Position numbers and translations under genes: made by a program | Source of the DNA: an uncultured Pseudomonadota bacterium | GTDB taxonomy: Bacteria > Pseudomonadota > Gammaproteobacteria > Ga0077536 | Direction: 5' to 3' | Assembly (NCBI GenBank): GCA_913047675.1 | Contig: CAJWTO010000006.1 | Coordinates: 1 to 50,496, forward strand | Length of the DNA: 50,496 nt | The notes under the pieces: model-generated | Databases searched by the model: none | Told to the model about the DNA's origin: nothing | What the model saw: the letters and a program-made list of their open reading frames with translations, nothing else | Shown: one piece after another, positions 8,669 through 18,106 of the stretch | Numbering within the stretch: position 1 is the stretch's first letter | Layout: every line of letters begins with the position of its first letter

Positions 8669-11122
8669 CTAACTTCGCGTTCTTATACTTTTTGGGTCAT
8701 ACATTGGTAACAGTGATGCGGTCGCCTTGTACAGTCTATTAGCTTGCTCTATCTCGAAGCTTCGTGTCGATAAGAATTCGGGAGTAATTCCTTCGATATT
8801 TTTTAAGTAGCCCATAGAAGCGCATGCTCCTAGAGTGTGGGCGTATCCCGATGACGTGGTATATCCAATACGTTCTCCATCACATAAAATTGACTCATTG
8901 TGCGAGAGTATCGGGCCACTATCTTCCAGTAAAAACTGTACTAGCCGAGTGTTAATCGATCCTTTCTCTTTTTGTGCGACTAACGCCTCTTTACCAACGA
9001 AACCTTCGGGTTTATCCCAATCACATGTAAATGAAAGGCCAGCTTCAAGTAGGGTTTCTCTGGGTCCCATATCATGCGCCCATTCGCGATAAGCTTTCTC
9101 AATCCGCAGAGAATTAAGGGTATGATACCCACAGTGTTTTAGACCGTGCACTTTGCCCTCTTCAATGATTTTGTCATACACCGAAACTGCCATCTCGGTC
9201 GGAATGTAGAGTTCCCAGCCTAACTCACCTGTATATGATATACGTACAGCTAGCGCGTTCTGATATCCGATTTCTATTGGTTGCATTGTCCCAAATGGGA
9301 AGTATTCGTTTGAGAAATTAGAGGAAGAGATGGTTGTAAGCAGAGATCTCGAATTGGGTCCTTGGATGTTGAGCATGGCATATGAACCACTGATGTCGGT
9401 AAGTACACAATTAGCGTTATCGCTTATATGCTCATCGATCCATGCTTTCACATGAGTGGCGGTAAATGCTGCAGTTACAACCATGTATTCATTAGCTTGC
9501 AATCGAGTGATGGTTAGATCAGCTTCTACTCCTCCGATTTGATTCAAAAACTGAGTGTATACAACGGTTCCATTTGCAACTGACATATTCGCTGTTGCAA
9601 CTCGGTTTAATACGCTTTCCGCGTCTTTACCCTGCACTAAGATCTTCTGGAAAGATGACTGATCGAAAATCCCTACTGCGTTTCTTACAGCTTGATGCTC
9701 TGATGCATTATTGTGAAACCAATTTTGTCTGCCAAAATCATAGTTATATTCAGCAACTTCTCCTGGCAATGCATACCAGTTCGGGCGTTCCCAGCCGGCA
9801 GATTCTCCAAAACAAGCTCCTACTTTTTCCAGGCGTTCATGTAGAACTGACTTTTTAATACCTCTCCCAGTCTCCCACTGTCGGTTAGGCCAGTGCATTT
9901 TATAGGCGATACCGAGGGATTCGATGGTGCGATCAACAATAAACGATTTATTGTTTTGACACGGCTGCATTCTTCTTATGTCGACATCCCAAATATCCAT
10001 TGGTTGAACGCCGTCATTTATCCATTGGGCCATTACATTACCAGCGCCACCACCAGACAAGATCCCGAGAGAGTTAAAGCCACACGCAATGAACAACTGT
10101 TTTGTATAAGGGACTTTTCCCATCAAATAGTTGTGATCGGGAGTAAATGATTCGGGACCACAAAAAAATTGTCGAATACCGGTATCATTGAGGATTGGAA
10201 GACGCTGCATGCCTTTCTCTATATGAGGTAGCATACGATCCCAATCAGGATCAATTTCGTCAAAGCAAAAATCTTTTGGAATACCGTCGGTGGCCCAAGG
10301 CGCTGCGACAGGCTCGAAAAATCCCAGCAGTATCTTGCCAGCTTCTTCTCTTGCATAGACTCCTCTTCCTGGGTCTCGGAGTATAGGCAGCTGGTTATGC
10401 ACTTCATCGATTGGTTCGGATATTAGGTAATAATGTTCGGCTGCCTGTAGCGGGATGTCGATTCCATTTGCCAAGCCGAACTCTCTTCCCCACATGCCAG
10501 GGCATAGCACGACTACTTCTGACCGTATCTCTCCTTGATCCGTAGTGACTCCGACTGCTCGGCCATTTTCTATGATTAATTCTGTTACAGGCGTATCTTC
10601 AAAAATTTTTACTCCTCGTTGTCTGGCCCCTTTTGCTAATGCTTGCGCGACATCTGCGGGATTTACCCTTCCATCATCTGGAAAGTAGAAGCCAGCCAAC
10701 AAATCATCTACGTGAGTTAGCGGGAATAACTCTCGAACTCTCTGGGGAGAAATTTCTTCGGTTTCAACACCAAATGTCCGAGCCAGAGCACAGCCACGGC
10801 GCATTTCCTCTACCTTATCTTCAGTCATAGCGAGTTGTATTGACCCGCATTTAATGAATCCAGTTGCCTGTCCCGTCTCGATTTCCAAGTCCTCATATAG
10901 TTTCAGAGAATATTGAGCAAGACGAGTTTGGCTTTCGGTATCTCTGAGAGTTGTGACAAGGCCTGCTGCGTGCCATGTCGTACCCGAAGTTATTTTTTTT
11001 CTCTCAAGAACAACCACATCCTCCCAACCGAGCTTGGCAAGATGGTAGGCGGTTGAACATCCAATAATACCGCCTCCTATCACAATAGCACGAGCATTTG
11101 TAGGTAGGGATTTTTTGTTCAT
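8669..11122 (-). CDS. GcvT-family FAD-dependent amine oxidoreductase (dimethylglycine/sarcosine dehydrogenase-like)
   Basis: GGGIIG, SGTTWHAAG (covalent-FAD His), GPESFTPD, GWERPNW and C-terminal aminomethyltransferase folate-binding domain (RISYTGELGWELY, SLRIEKAY); 817 aa. Confidence 0.93.
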   Translation of the reverse strand: MNKKSLPTNARAIVIGGGIIGCSTAYHLAKLGWEDVVVLERKKITSGTTWHAAGLVTTLRDTESQTRLAQYSLKLYEDLEIETGQATGFIKCGSIQLAMTEDKVEEMRRGCALARTFGVETEEISPQRVRELFPLTHVDDLLAGFYFPDDGRVNPADVAQALAKGARQRGVKIFEDTPVTELIIENGRAVGVTTDQGEIRSEVVVLCPGMWGREFGLANGIDIPLQAAEHYYLISEPIDEVHNQLPILRDPGRGVYAREEAGKILLGFFEPVAAPWATDGIPKDFCFDEIDPDWDRMLPHIEKGMQRLPILNDTGIRQFFCGPESFTPDHNYLMGKVPYTKQLFIACGFNSLGILSGGGAGNVMAQWINDGVQPMDIWDVDIRRMQPCQNNKSFIVDRTIESLGIAYKMHWPNRQWETGRGIKKSVLHERLEKVGACFGESAGWERPNWYALPGEVAEYNYDFGRQNWFHNNASEHQAVRNAVGIFDQSSFQKILVQGKDAESVLNRVATANMSVANGTVVYTQFLNQIGGVEADLTITRLQANEYMVVTAAFTATHVKAWIDEHISDNANCVLTDISGSYAMLNIQGPNSRSLLTTISSSNFSNEYFPFGTMQPIEIGYQNALAVRISYTGELGWELYIPTEMAVSVYDKIIEEGKVHGLKHCGYHTLNSLRIEKAYREWAHDMGPRETLLEAGLSFTCDWDKPEGFVGKEALVAQKEKGSINTRLVQFLLEDSGPILSHNESILCDGERIGYTTSSGYAHTLGACASMGYLKNIEGITPEFLSTRSFEIEQANRLYKATASLLPMYDPKSIRTRS

Positions 11123-11309
11123 GATTAGTATGTCTCCGGCAATTTATCTTACGTTTAAAAATCAGCTTTGCGAGAAGGAAAATTTAGCATTTTTGTGACT
11201 TCTAAGACAGAGGTAAGTGTCTAGATACCTGACTACTTCGATATAAACACGGTGCCGCAACTAATACCTGATAGACTAGATTATCTCGCAGCATAATTGG
11301 GGAGTAACT

Positions 11310-11426
11310 ATGCGTGAAAGGGATCAAGATTTCCAGAGTATCCGCGAAACTGCCGAATCGATGTTAGATATCATAAGATCGCTCGCGGCTGCAGGCGAAT
11401 TCAATGGTACTAGGGTGGAGAAATGA
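11310..11426 (+). CDS. Putative 38-aa small protein, uncalled in ORF track
   Basis: GGGGAG SD shortly before ATG at 11310; reads MRERDQDFQSIRETAESMLDIIRSLAAAGEFNGTRVEK; its TGA overlaps the next ATG (ATGA at 11423-11426). Confidence 0.5.
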   Translation: MRERDQDFQSIRETAESMLDIIRSLAAAGEFNGTRVEK

Positions 11427-11839
11427 CTGATCAAATAGCGACAGGATCCTGTCAGTGCGGAAAGATTCGTTATTCGCTTCTTGCGCCAAGTCGAGAGTTA
11501 CATCATTGTCATTGCTCGATGTGTCGTAAGTGTCATGCATCAATGTTTGGTACTTATGCGACTATACAAAGGGAATATTTTCTATTAGAGGAAGGGAAAG
11601 AGCACCTCACAACTCATTTAACGACCTCCGACGTCCATCGACATTTTTGTTCAGGATGTGGTGCGCATATTTATATAGATGTCGATTGGGAACCTGATTT
11701 AGTGTGGTTTACTCCAGGGACTATAGATACGGGTCACCCGCAGCATCCAGTTGAAACGGAGCGACATATTTGGGTAGGTTCGAAGAATCCTCTTTATTCG
11801 ATTACAGGAGATTTACCTAAACATGAGGAGTTCGATTAA
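11423..11839 (+). CDS. GFA/CENP-V family Zn-binding protein
   Basis: GSCQCG, CHCSMCRK, RHFCSGCG, HIWVGSK. Confidence 0.93.
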   Translation: MTDQIATGSCQCGKIRYSLLAPSRELHHCHCSMCRKCHASMFGTYATIQREYFLLEEGKEHLTTHLTTSDVHRHFCSGCGAHIYIDVDWEPDLVWFTPGTIDTGHPQHPVETERHIWVGSKNPLYSITGDLPKHEEFD

Positions 11840-11870
11840 AACCTGCTATTCGGTTGGGCCACATTTTGCG

Positions 11871-13559
11871 TCACCCTCGGAAGTCGTAGATCTTTCTGGC
11901 CTGGTCTTCAGAGATATATCCTTCACGCACATCCTCCGTTACTGCCTCCTGTGATCTATCCGCTGGCGCTCCGAAACCTCCGCCGCCGGGCGCAAGAACC
12001 CTCACACGATCTCCAGGGTTCATCGGGATGTTTGAGTATTTACTGGGACTAACTTTTCCGTAAGCTTCGACGGTAGTTTCCCATTTATTACCACCCGCTT
12101 TTTTATACAACGTCGCGCCAAGAGCGCCCCCCCCGCCATTTTTTAATCCCCATGCACAAATTTTGTGCTTATTTGTCATCTGACTGACGAGCATTTCACC
12201 TGTGCACATCATTTGCTTCACATTACTTAGTCCACCTCGAAATTGTCCTGCTCCTCCAGAGTTAGGTCTTAAGGCGTATTCTTCGACGATCCACGGGAAG
12301 CGAGTCTCGAAAACCTCCATCGGAGTATTTGCACAGTTTCCGTTGATAGAATCGGTCGCGTCGTTCCCATCGGCAAACGATCTACCCCCATAACCGACAT
12401 AGCTAAAGTCAAAGCCTCCGTAAGGCTCATCATTTAACTCGTCGTGTCCGCCAAAGACAAAACAACCATGAGTAGTACCTTCTGATGCCATGACTCGGTC
12501 TGGGACGCAATCCACCATCGCCCCAAATATAGCGGAAACAATTAAAGGATGCGTCTCGGTATTTCCTCCTACTTCTGAGCCTGGATAATCCACATTCATT
12601 ACAGTTCCGGCGGGTGCTATTACTCGTATAGGCCGGAAGCATCCAGAATTTAGCGGGATAGTCTCGTCAGTCATATGTAAGATTGCATTGAATGCAGCTG
12701 ACCAAGCGACACCTAATGTAGCATTAATAGGCCCCTTTGCTTGCTTGGAAGAGCCGGTATAGTCCACGACTACTTCTCCTCCCTGAACATAGACAGCAAT
12801 ATGAATTTCATACTCTTTATCTTCAATTCCGTCATCTTCAACCTTATCAACAAACGTGTACTTACCATCCTTAAATGTTTCCAACTCAGCGCGCATGCGT
12901 TTTTCAGAGTAATCCATTAGATCTTGTACTGTACTTTCGAAGGTTTGCGCGCCGTATTTTTCAATGAGGCTTTTAAGTCTTTTTTCGCCTAGGTCCACAG
13001 CACTAATTAGTGCCCGCATGTCACCATAGTTACCTCGTGGAGTTCGTACGTTAGCCAGCATCATTTTCCAAACTTCTGGAACATCCTTACCTTCTTTAAT
13101 GATTTTTATGGGCGGAACACGCAAGCCCTCGTGGAATATCTCTGTAGCTTCACCCGGAAAGCCACCTGGGACCATTCCCCCAACTTCAACGAAATGCCCC
13201 ACGCACACCGAAAAAGCGACAATTTTATCCTCTACAAAAATAGGCTTAAAGACAGTATGTTCTGGCGTATGCAGTCCTCCCCGATATGGATCGTTATGGA
13301 TTACCACATCTCCCTCACTCATTTCCGAGAGAGGTATTTCTTTTATCATTGAACGCACCAACAACGGCACGCCGCCGATTTGAGAAGGGCAAAAGTCGGC
13401 GACCGCTATTAGCTCTCCGTCACGATTTGCCAGGGCGCATGTAAAGTCTTCTCCCTCACTAAAGATGGTCGAATAGGCCGTCTTCTGAACGTTTATTCCC
13501 ATCTCGCGTGCTATAGCGATCATTGCTGATTCGACTATGTTCATGTTGATCATGTCCAT
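11871..13559 (-). CDS. Hydantoinase B/oxoprolinase family subunit (acetone/acetophenone carboxylase-related)
   Basis: TAYSTIFSE, NDPYRGGLH, GGMVPGG, EGLRVPP, NVRTP, SGGAGQFRGG, PGGGGFG. Confidence 0.92.
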   Translation of the reverse strand: MDMINMNIVESAMIAIAREMGINVQKTAYSTIFSEGEDFTCALANRDGELIAVADFCPSQIGGVPLLVRSMIKEIPLSEMSEGDVVIHNDPYRGGLHTPEHTVFKPIFVEDKIVAFSVCVGHFVEVGGMVPGGFPGEATEIFHEGLRVPPIKIIKEGKDVPEVWKMMLANVRTPRGNYGDMRALISAVDLGEKRLKSLIEKYGAQTFESTVQDLMDYSEKRMRAELETFKDGKYTFVDKVEDDGIEDKEYEIHIAVYVQGGEVVVDYTGSSKQAKGPINATLGVAWSAAFNAILHMTDETIPLNSGCFRPIRVIAPAGTVMNVDYPGSEVGGNTETHPLIVSAIFGAMVDCVPDRVMASEGTTHGCFVFGGHDELNDEPYGGFDFSYVGYGGRSFADGNDATDSINGNCANTPMEVFETRFPWIVEEYALRPNSGGAGQFRGGLSNVKQMMCTGEMLVSQMTNKHKICAWGLKNGGGGALGATLYKKAGGNKWETTVEAYGKVSPSKYSNIPMNPGDRVRVLAPGGGGFGAPADRSQEAVTEDVREGYISEDQARKIYDFRG

Positions 13560-13604
13560 TTACTATATCTCCTAGATTGACTTGCCAATTACGCTGAGAG
13601 TTGA

Positions 13605-13817
13605 TTAGCCAATTTCATGTATTTTTTCGTGCCCGAAAGGCAATTTTGGTTGGTCTACACCTTGAGCTTTGGCAGATGCCCAGTCCACGCACCATTGTGA
13701 ACAAAATATTTCTTTTGGAGAAGATTTTGATTGTATCCCTCCTGAATAAAGCAGCATTCCACAATTTGAGCATTTAATATATTTTTCAATATAGTAGCCA
13801 TTATTTGAAAATTTCAT
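13605..13817 (-). CDS. Small Zn-finger protein (CxxC...FCSxxC, TRASH-like)
   Basis: 70 aa with CSNC and FCSQWC; AAGGA SD; co-oriented between the hydantoinase A and B genes. Confidence 0.75.
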   Translation of the reverse strand: MKFSNNGYYIEKYIKCSNCGMLLYSGGIQSKSSPKEIFCSQWCVDWASAKAQGVDQPKLPFGHEKIHEIG

Positions 13818-13834
13818 TTTCTATCCTTAGCAAA

Positions 13835-15868
13835 TTATTTGGTGGCAATTTCGCCGATTAAAATATTTCCATAGAGATCTATCTTCACGTTGTACTCCGG
13901 CCTAATTATTGTTACAGAAGCTCCTTCTTCAATGATTGCTGGTCCGTTAAAGCTATCTCCTGCTTTGAGGTGTTCCCGAGAGTATATTGGAGTTTCAATG
14001 TGGCCAGAGTCATATCTGACAAGTCGAGTGCCTTCGCTTATGACGGGACCCGAAGATCTTTCAATCTCGAGTAGGTTGGGCTTTGGCGTTAGAGATACTG
14101 CGGTCACTTTAATGCTGATAAGCTCGATGGTTTCTCCAGGTATATCAAAGTTGTAGCGAGTTTTGTGGACTGAATGAAATTGTTGCCACACGTCTAGAAT
14201 TGTTTGTTCATCAAAAGAGTCGAATTCTACCGCAACTTCCAATTCATGGTTTTGCCCAAAATATCTCATTTCTAGTGAACGATAGATTTCAAGATTTGCC
14301 TGATAACCCTGAGTAGATAATGATTGTTTAGCTTCAGTGACGAGATCAGATAAAACGCGACTGGCATGTTCTGCATTAAATGCTTTTGAGGTCATCGGGG
14401 CTGTTCGTTCCAGATCAACTCGTGCATCAGTCATGATGAAACCGAAGGCAGAAAATTGTCCTGGAAAATTTGGTACGATTCCACTGGGAATGCTGGCCGA
14501 ATGCATTACATCAGTTATGTGGACAGGCCCCGCGCCACCAAAAGCAAGCAACGTGAAATCTCTAGGGTCTAACCCTCTCTCGGTTAGAACCATTCTTAGA
14601 GCCCCCACCATATTATTGTTGGCAATCTGTACGATTCCGATAGCTGCTTCATCTATAGAAACTTCAATTTGATCGGCTACGTTTTTGATAGCTTGTTTAG
14701 CCGCATCAACGTCTAAACTCATCTCACCGCCGAGGAAATTGGACGGATTAATTCGTCCTAATACCACGTTTGCATCAGTCACTGTGGGATCTTCACCACC
14801 GCGCCCATAGCACGCGGGCCCGGGTTGTGCGCCCGCACTCTGAGGACCTACTCGTAGCATCCCTCCTTTATCAATCCACGCTATCGAGCCTCCACCAGCT
14901 CCCATTGTTCTGATATCTAGCATGGGAATTTGGATAGGTACTCCAAACTCTATTTCGTAGCTCGTTGTGAAACTTTCGCGTGCGCTAACTATTGTCGAAA
15001 CATCAGTTGATGTACCTCCCATATCTAAAGTCACTAAATTACTCACTCCAGATAAGCCTGCGATATATTTTGCTCCTATTACGCCACCAGTTGGGCCAGA
15101 GAGACTTAAGTGGATAGGATATTGCCGCGCTCCTTCAAGTGTGGTTTCGCCTCCGTTCGACTTGATGACAGCAACTTTTTTAATATCACCTGCTTCGTTT
15201 AGTCGGTCTTGGAGTCGCAAAAGATTTTGCGAGACGATGGGCTTGATGTAAGCATCAGCAATCGTGGTTGACGATCTCTCATGTTCCTTCCACTTTGGTA
15301 AAAGCTCGTAGGAGATTGATACGGGCTTATTCGGGCACTCTTCTTCAAAAATTGTTTTAAGCCGACGCTCATGCTCTGGAAAAACATATGAACACAGTAA
15401 GCATATAGCGATTGCTTCGATATTCGGATCAGAGTTAATTGACTTTGCGACAGTTCGTGCTTGCGACTCGTTTAACGGTTTATACACTCCTTCTCTGGGA
15501 GTTATTCGCTCGTCGATTTCGTAGCAATCTCTTCTTTTAACAAGCGGCTTAGATTTAATCCAAGTAATATCGTAGTGACTTTTCCGTTTTCCGCGTTGAA
15601 TAAATGGGACATCTTTGAAACCTTGAGTAGTGACGAATGCAACTGTTGAGCCCTTTCTTTCCAGTATCGCATTTGTTGCAACTGTAGTGCCGAAGCGCAT
15701 ATATTCCACTTGTTCGGAGGATTTTTGTGCCATTCCATTTAGGATACCGTCGCTTGGATCATCAGGAGTGGATGAGGTTTTCCAAACTTCTAATTTTTGT
15801 GTTTTTGAATCGTAAGAAACAAAGTCTGTGAATGTCCCCCCAACATCTATTCCTAGAATACGGGTCAT
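13835..15868 (-). CDS. Hydantoinase A/oxoprolinase family ATP-binding subunit
   Basis: GIDVGGTFTD, GTTVATNA, SGPTGG, DMGGTSTD, GAGGGSIA, GPACYGRGG, AFGGAGP. Confidence 0.95.
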   Translation of the reverse strand: MTRILGIDVGGTFTDFVSYDSKTQKLEVWKTSSTPDDPSDGILNGMAQKSSEQVEYMRFGTTVATNAILERKGSTVAFVTTQGFKDVPFIQRGKRKSHYDITWIKSKPLVKRRDCYEIDERITPREGVYKPLNESQARTVAKSINSDPNIEAIAICLLCSYVFPEHERRLKTIFEEECPNKPVSISYELLPKWKEHERSSTTIADAYIKPIVSQNLLRLQDRLNEAGDIKKVAVIKSNGGETTLEGARQYPIHLSLSGPTGGVIGAKYIAGLSGVSNLVTLDMGGTSTDVSTIVSARESFTTSYEIEFGVPIQIPMLDIRTMGAGGGSIAWIDKGGMLRVGPQSAGAQPGPACYGRGGEDPTVTDANVVLGRINPSNFLGGEMSLDVDAAKQAIKNVADQIEVSIDEAAIGIVQIANNNMVGALRMVLTERGLDPRDFTLLAFGGAGPVHITDVMHSASIPSGIVPNFPGQFSAFGFIMTDARVDLERTAPMTSKAFNAEHASRVLSDLVTEAKQSLSTQGYQANLEIYRSLEMRYFGQNHELEVAVEFDSFDEQTILDVWQQFHSVHKTRYNFDIPGETIELISIKVTAVSLTPKPNLLEIERSSGPVISEGTRLVRYDSGHIETPIYSREHLKAGDSFNGPAIIEEGASVTIIRPEYNVKIDLYGNILIGEIATK

Positions 15869-15934
15869 AAAAAATTCTCCCCAAAATTATTTACGGGGAG
15901 TGAATTTTGACAAGCTCCCTTTGTAGTTCAATTC

Positions 15935-15963
15935 AGACTATATCTAATTTGTGAATTTCTCAA
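15935..15963 (-). promoter_or_regulatory. Candidate sigma70 promoter for the hydantoinase operon
   Basis: Minus strand TTGAGA-17 nt-TAGTCT, about 67 nt upstream of the start codon. Confidence 0.35.
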
Positions 15964-16034
15964 GATGATCGGTGGCGCTACCTTGTTGTGGCTCTCAAGT
16001 TTAACTTATGTGCTAACATGGTGTTTTATTTTAG

Positions 16035-16826
16035 ATGGATGTTGTTGTGACTAGTTCATTGGCTTGGGTACTATCTGTGTGCCTGTTGGGGAGCCTGATT
16101 AGTATAGGGACGGCTGGCGCCTACTTGTTGCTGCCTAAGCTGCTGAGAGATAAGACTCTAGACTATTTAATTTGTTTTGCAATTGGGATGCTTCTTGGTG
16201 CGAGCTTTTTGCATTTGTTGCCCGAGGCGATAGAGCAGGCGGGAGATAGTGTGAATGGGATAATGCGAGTGGCAGTATCGGCGATTCTTGCATTTTTTAT
16301 TTTAGAAAAGGGTTTGATATGGCGACATCACCATCATAATGAGTCACATCCAGAGTCTCTACAAGCGGACGAAATAGAGTCAGGAGAGCATGCTGGATCC
16401 CTTATACTAATTGGTGATTCCGTTCATAATTTCTTAGATGGGATCCTGATTGCATCAGCTTTTCTGGCAGATTTTTCACTTGGTATCGTCACAGCCTTAG
16501 CAGTTATTGCCCATGAAATCCCTCAAGAATTAGGTGATTTTGCCATTTTAATAAAAAGTGGTTACTCTCGTAGCCGCGCCCTTTTTTACAACTTACTGAC
16601 CTCGGTTGCTATGATTATTGGAGCGACACTGGCGTGGTTTTGGTTAAGTGAATTTTCGAATTTTATCCCCTACTTGTTGACTTTTACTGCCGCTAGTTTT
16701 ATCTATGTTGCAGTTTCGGATCTCATGCCAACTTTGAACTCAAAAATAGGGCTTTCGGCAACTACTATTCAGCTAACTTTGATCGGACTGGGTCTCGCTT
16801 TGAACGGGCTGGTTCACACGCACTAG
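16035..16826 (+). CDS. ZIP family metal (Zn) transporter
   Basis: HLLPEA, His-rich loop WRHHHH, GDSVHNFLDG, AHEIPQELGDF; stop overlaps the convergent ampG stop. Confidence 0.93.
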   Translation: MDVVVTSSLAWVLSVCLLGSLISIGTAGAYLLLPKLLRDKTLDYLICFAIGMLLGASFLHLLPEAIEQAGDSVNGIMRVAVSAILAFFILEKGLIWRHHHHNESHPESLQADEIESGEHAGSLILIGDSVHNFLDGILIASAFLADFSLGIVTALAVIAHEIPQELGDFAILIKSGYSRSRALFYNLLTSVAMIIGATLAWFWLSEFSNFIPYLLTFTAASFIYVAVSDLMPTLNSKIGLSATTIQLTLIGLGLALNGLVHTH

Positions 16827-18106
16827 GACAATATTGAACTTTTTTCTTGTTTCCAAAAATATAGGCTGACAAATATCGCGGGTATACCCATTGCGGCAGC
16901 GTAGACGAAAAAGTTGAAATAGCCAACAGCGTCGACTACGAAGCCAGAGCTACTCGCTATAAATCTCGCTGGAAGTGTCGCTAACAGGAATAGTAACGCG
17001 TACTGTGTCGCCGTGAATTTCTCTGTGGTCAGGGAAGATAGGTAAGCGATTAAAGCGGCTGTCGCTACTCCTTGGGCTAAATTATCGCAGATAATCACTA
17101 AAGTCAGAGCTGATATGTCATTTCCTATAAGAGCGAGCGCTGCGAATGTTAAGTTTGTGAGTGCGACCAATATAGCGCCAATTGATAACGCTACTATTGT
17201 GGAATAACGGTAAACTAAAAGTCCGCCTATAAATGCCCCAGCTAGACTGACACTGATGCCAAACGCATTAGTAATTAAAGCGATTTGATCTTTTGTGAAT
17301 CCCGCCTCTTGATAAAAAGGCATAGCCATAGGCCCGAGGATGAAGTCACTGAATCTGTATGACATGACCAGTAGCAGAATCAGGAAGATACGATCGGTGT
17401 AACGATTAGCGATATCCATAAAAGGAGTCAGATAAGAGGTTTGAAACCAGCTTTTCGGATTATTTAAAATCGAAATATGGTCTCGTTCGACCTCAAGCGG
17501 CTCAGGTACTAATAACATCGTGATAACGGCTATAACAGCCATGGTCATAGCCGCCACGCCATAGGCGGTTGACCAGTCGAAGCGGGACGCTATCAGGAAA
17601 GTGATCACTTGAGTGCATAAGAAAGCTAATCGCCATCCTCCCTGGTACATTGCAGCACCCTGGCCTAGCTGTTTTTCTGTTAGCAGCTCGATTCTCATAG
17701 CGTCTACGCATATGTCTTGCGTGGCAGACGAGAAAGCCACTGCAAGTGCTAACGCAATCAGAATTAATATAGATTGGTTTGGATCACAGGTAGCCAGTCC
17801 CAATAAGGTCAAAGTGACAGTTATTTGACTAAGTAATAACCAGCTTTTTCTAGTCCCAAGACTGTTAGATAAAACTGGTATTTTGAGTCGATCGATGAAA
17901 GGTGTCCAGACGGCTTTTAGAGAATAGGTAAGAACTATAAGTGACATAAGCCCTATTGCAGACCTACTGACACCAGATTCAGACAACCAAAAGTTAAATG
18001 GATCCATCAGCATCCCGTAAGGCAAGCCTGACGAGAATCCTAAAAATAAAACTACAAATAGTCTCGGGTGTAAATAGCCTGAGAGTAGGGTATTCCAGTT
18101 ATGCAC
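16823..18106 (-). CDS. ampG: AmpG-family muropeptide MFS permease
   Basis: LGFSSGLP, SATQDICVDAMRIE, TATQYALL; GTG start abuts the amidase stop. Confidence 0.88.
   Translation of the reverse strand: MHNWNTLLSGYLHPRLFVVLFLGFSSGLPYGMLMDPFNFWLSESGVSRSAIGLMSLIVLTYSLKAVWTPFIDRLKIPVLSNSLGTRKSWLLLSQITVTLTLLGLATCDPNQSILILIALALAVAFSSATQDICVDAMRIELLTEKQLGQGAAMYQGGWRLAFLCTQVITFLIASRFDWSTAYGVAAMTMAVIAVITMLLVPEPLEVERDHISILNNPKSWFQTSYLTPFMDIANRYTDRIFLILLLVMSYRFSDFILGPMAMPFYQEAGFTKDQIALITNAFGISVSLAGAFIGGLLVYRYSTIVALSIGAILVALTNLTFAALALIGNDISALTLVIICDNLAQGVATAALIAYLSSLTTEKFTATQYALLFLLATLPARFIASSSGFVVDAVGYFNFFVYAAAMGIPAIFVSLYFWKQEKSSILS

Noticed and set aside
11123-11300. Glycine riboswitch upstream of the GcvT-family gene (two TCAGGTA and a CGAAG on the minus strand)
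   Set aside because: The two TCAGGTA are only 39 nt apart and the GGAGA and P3 elements are missing. It may be just a short direct repeat (ATACCTGA at 11225 and 11264).
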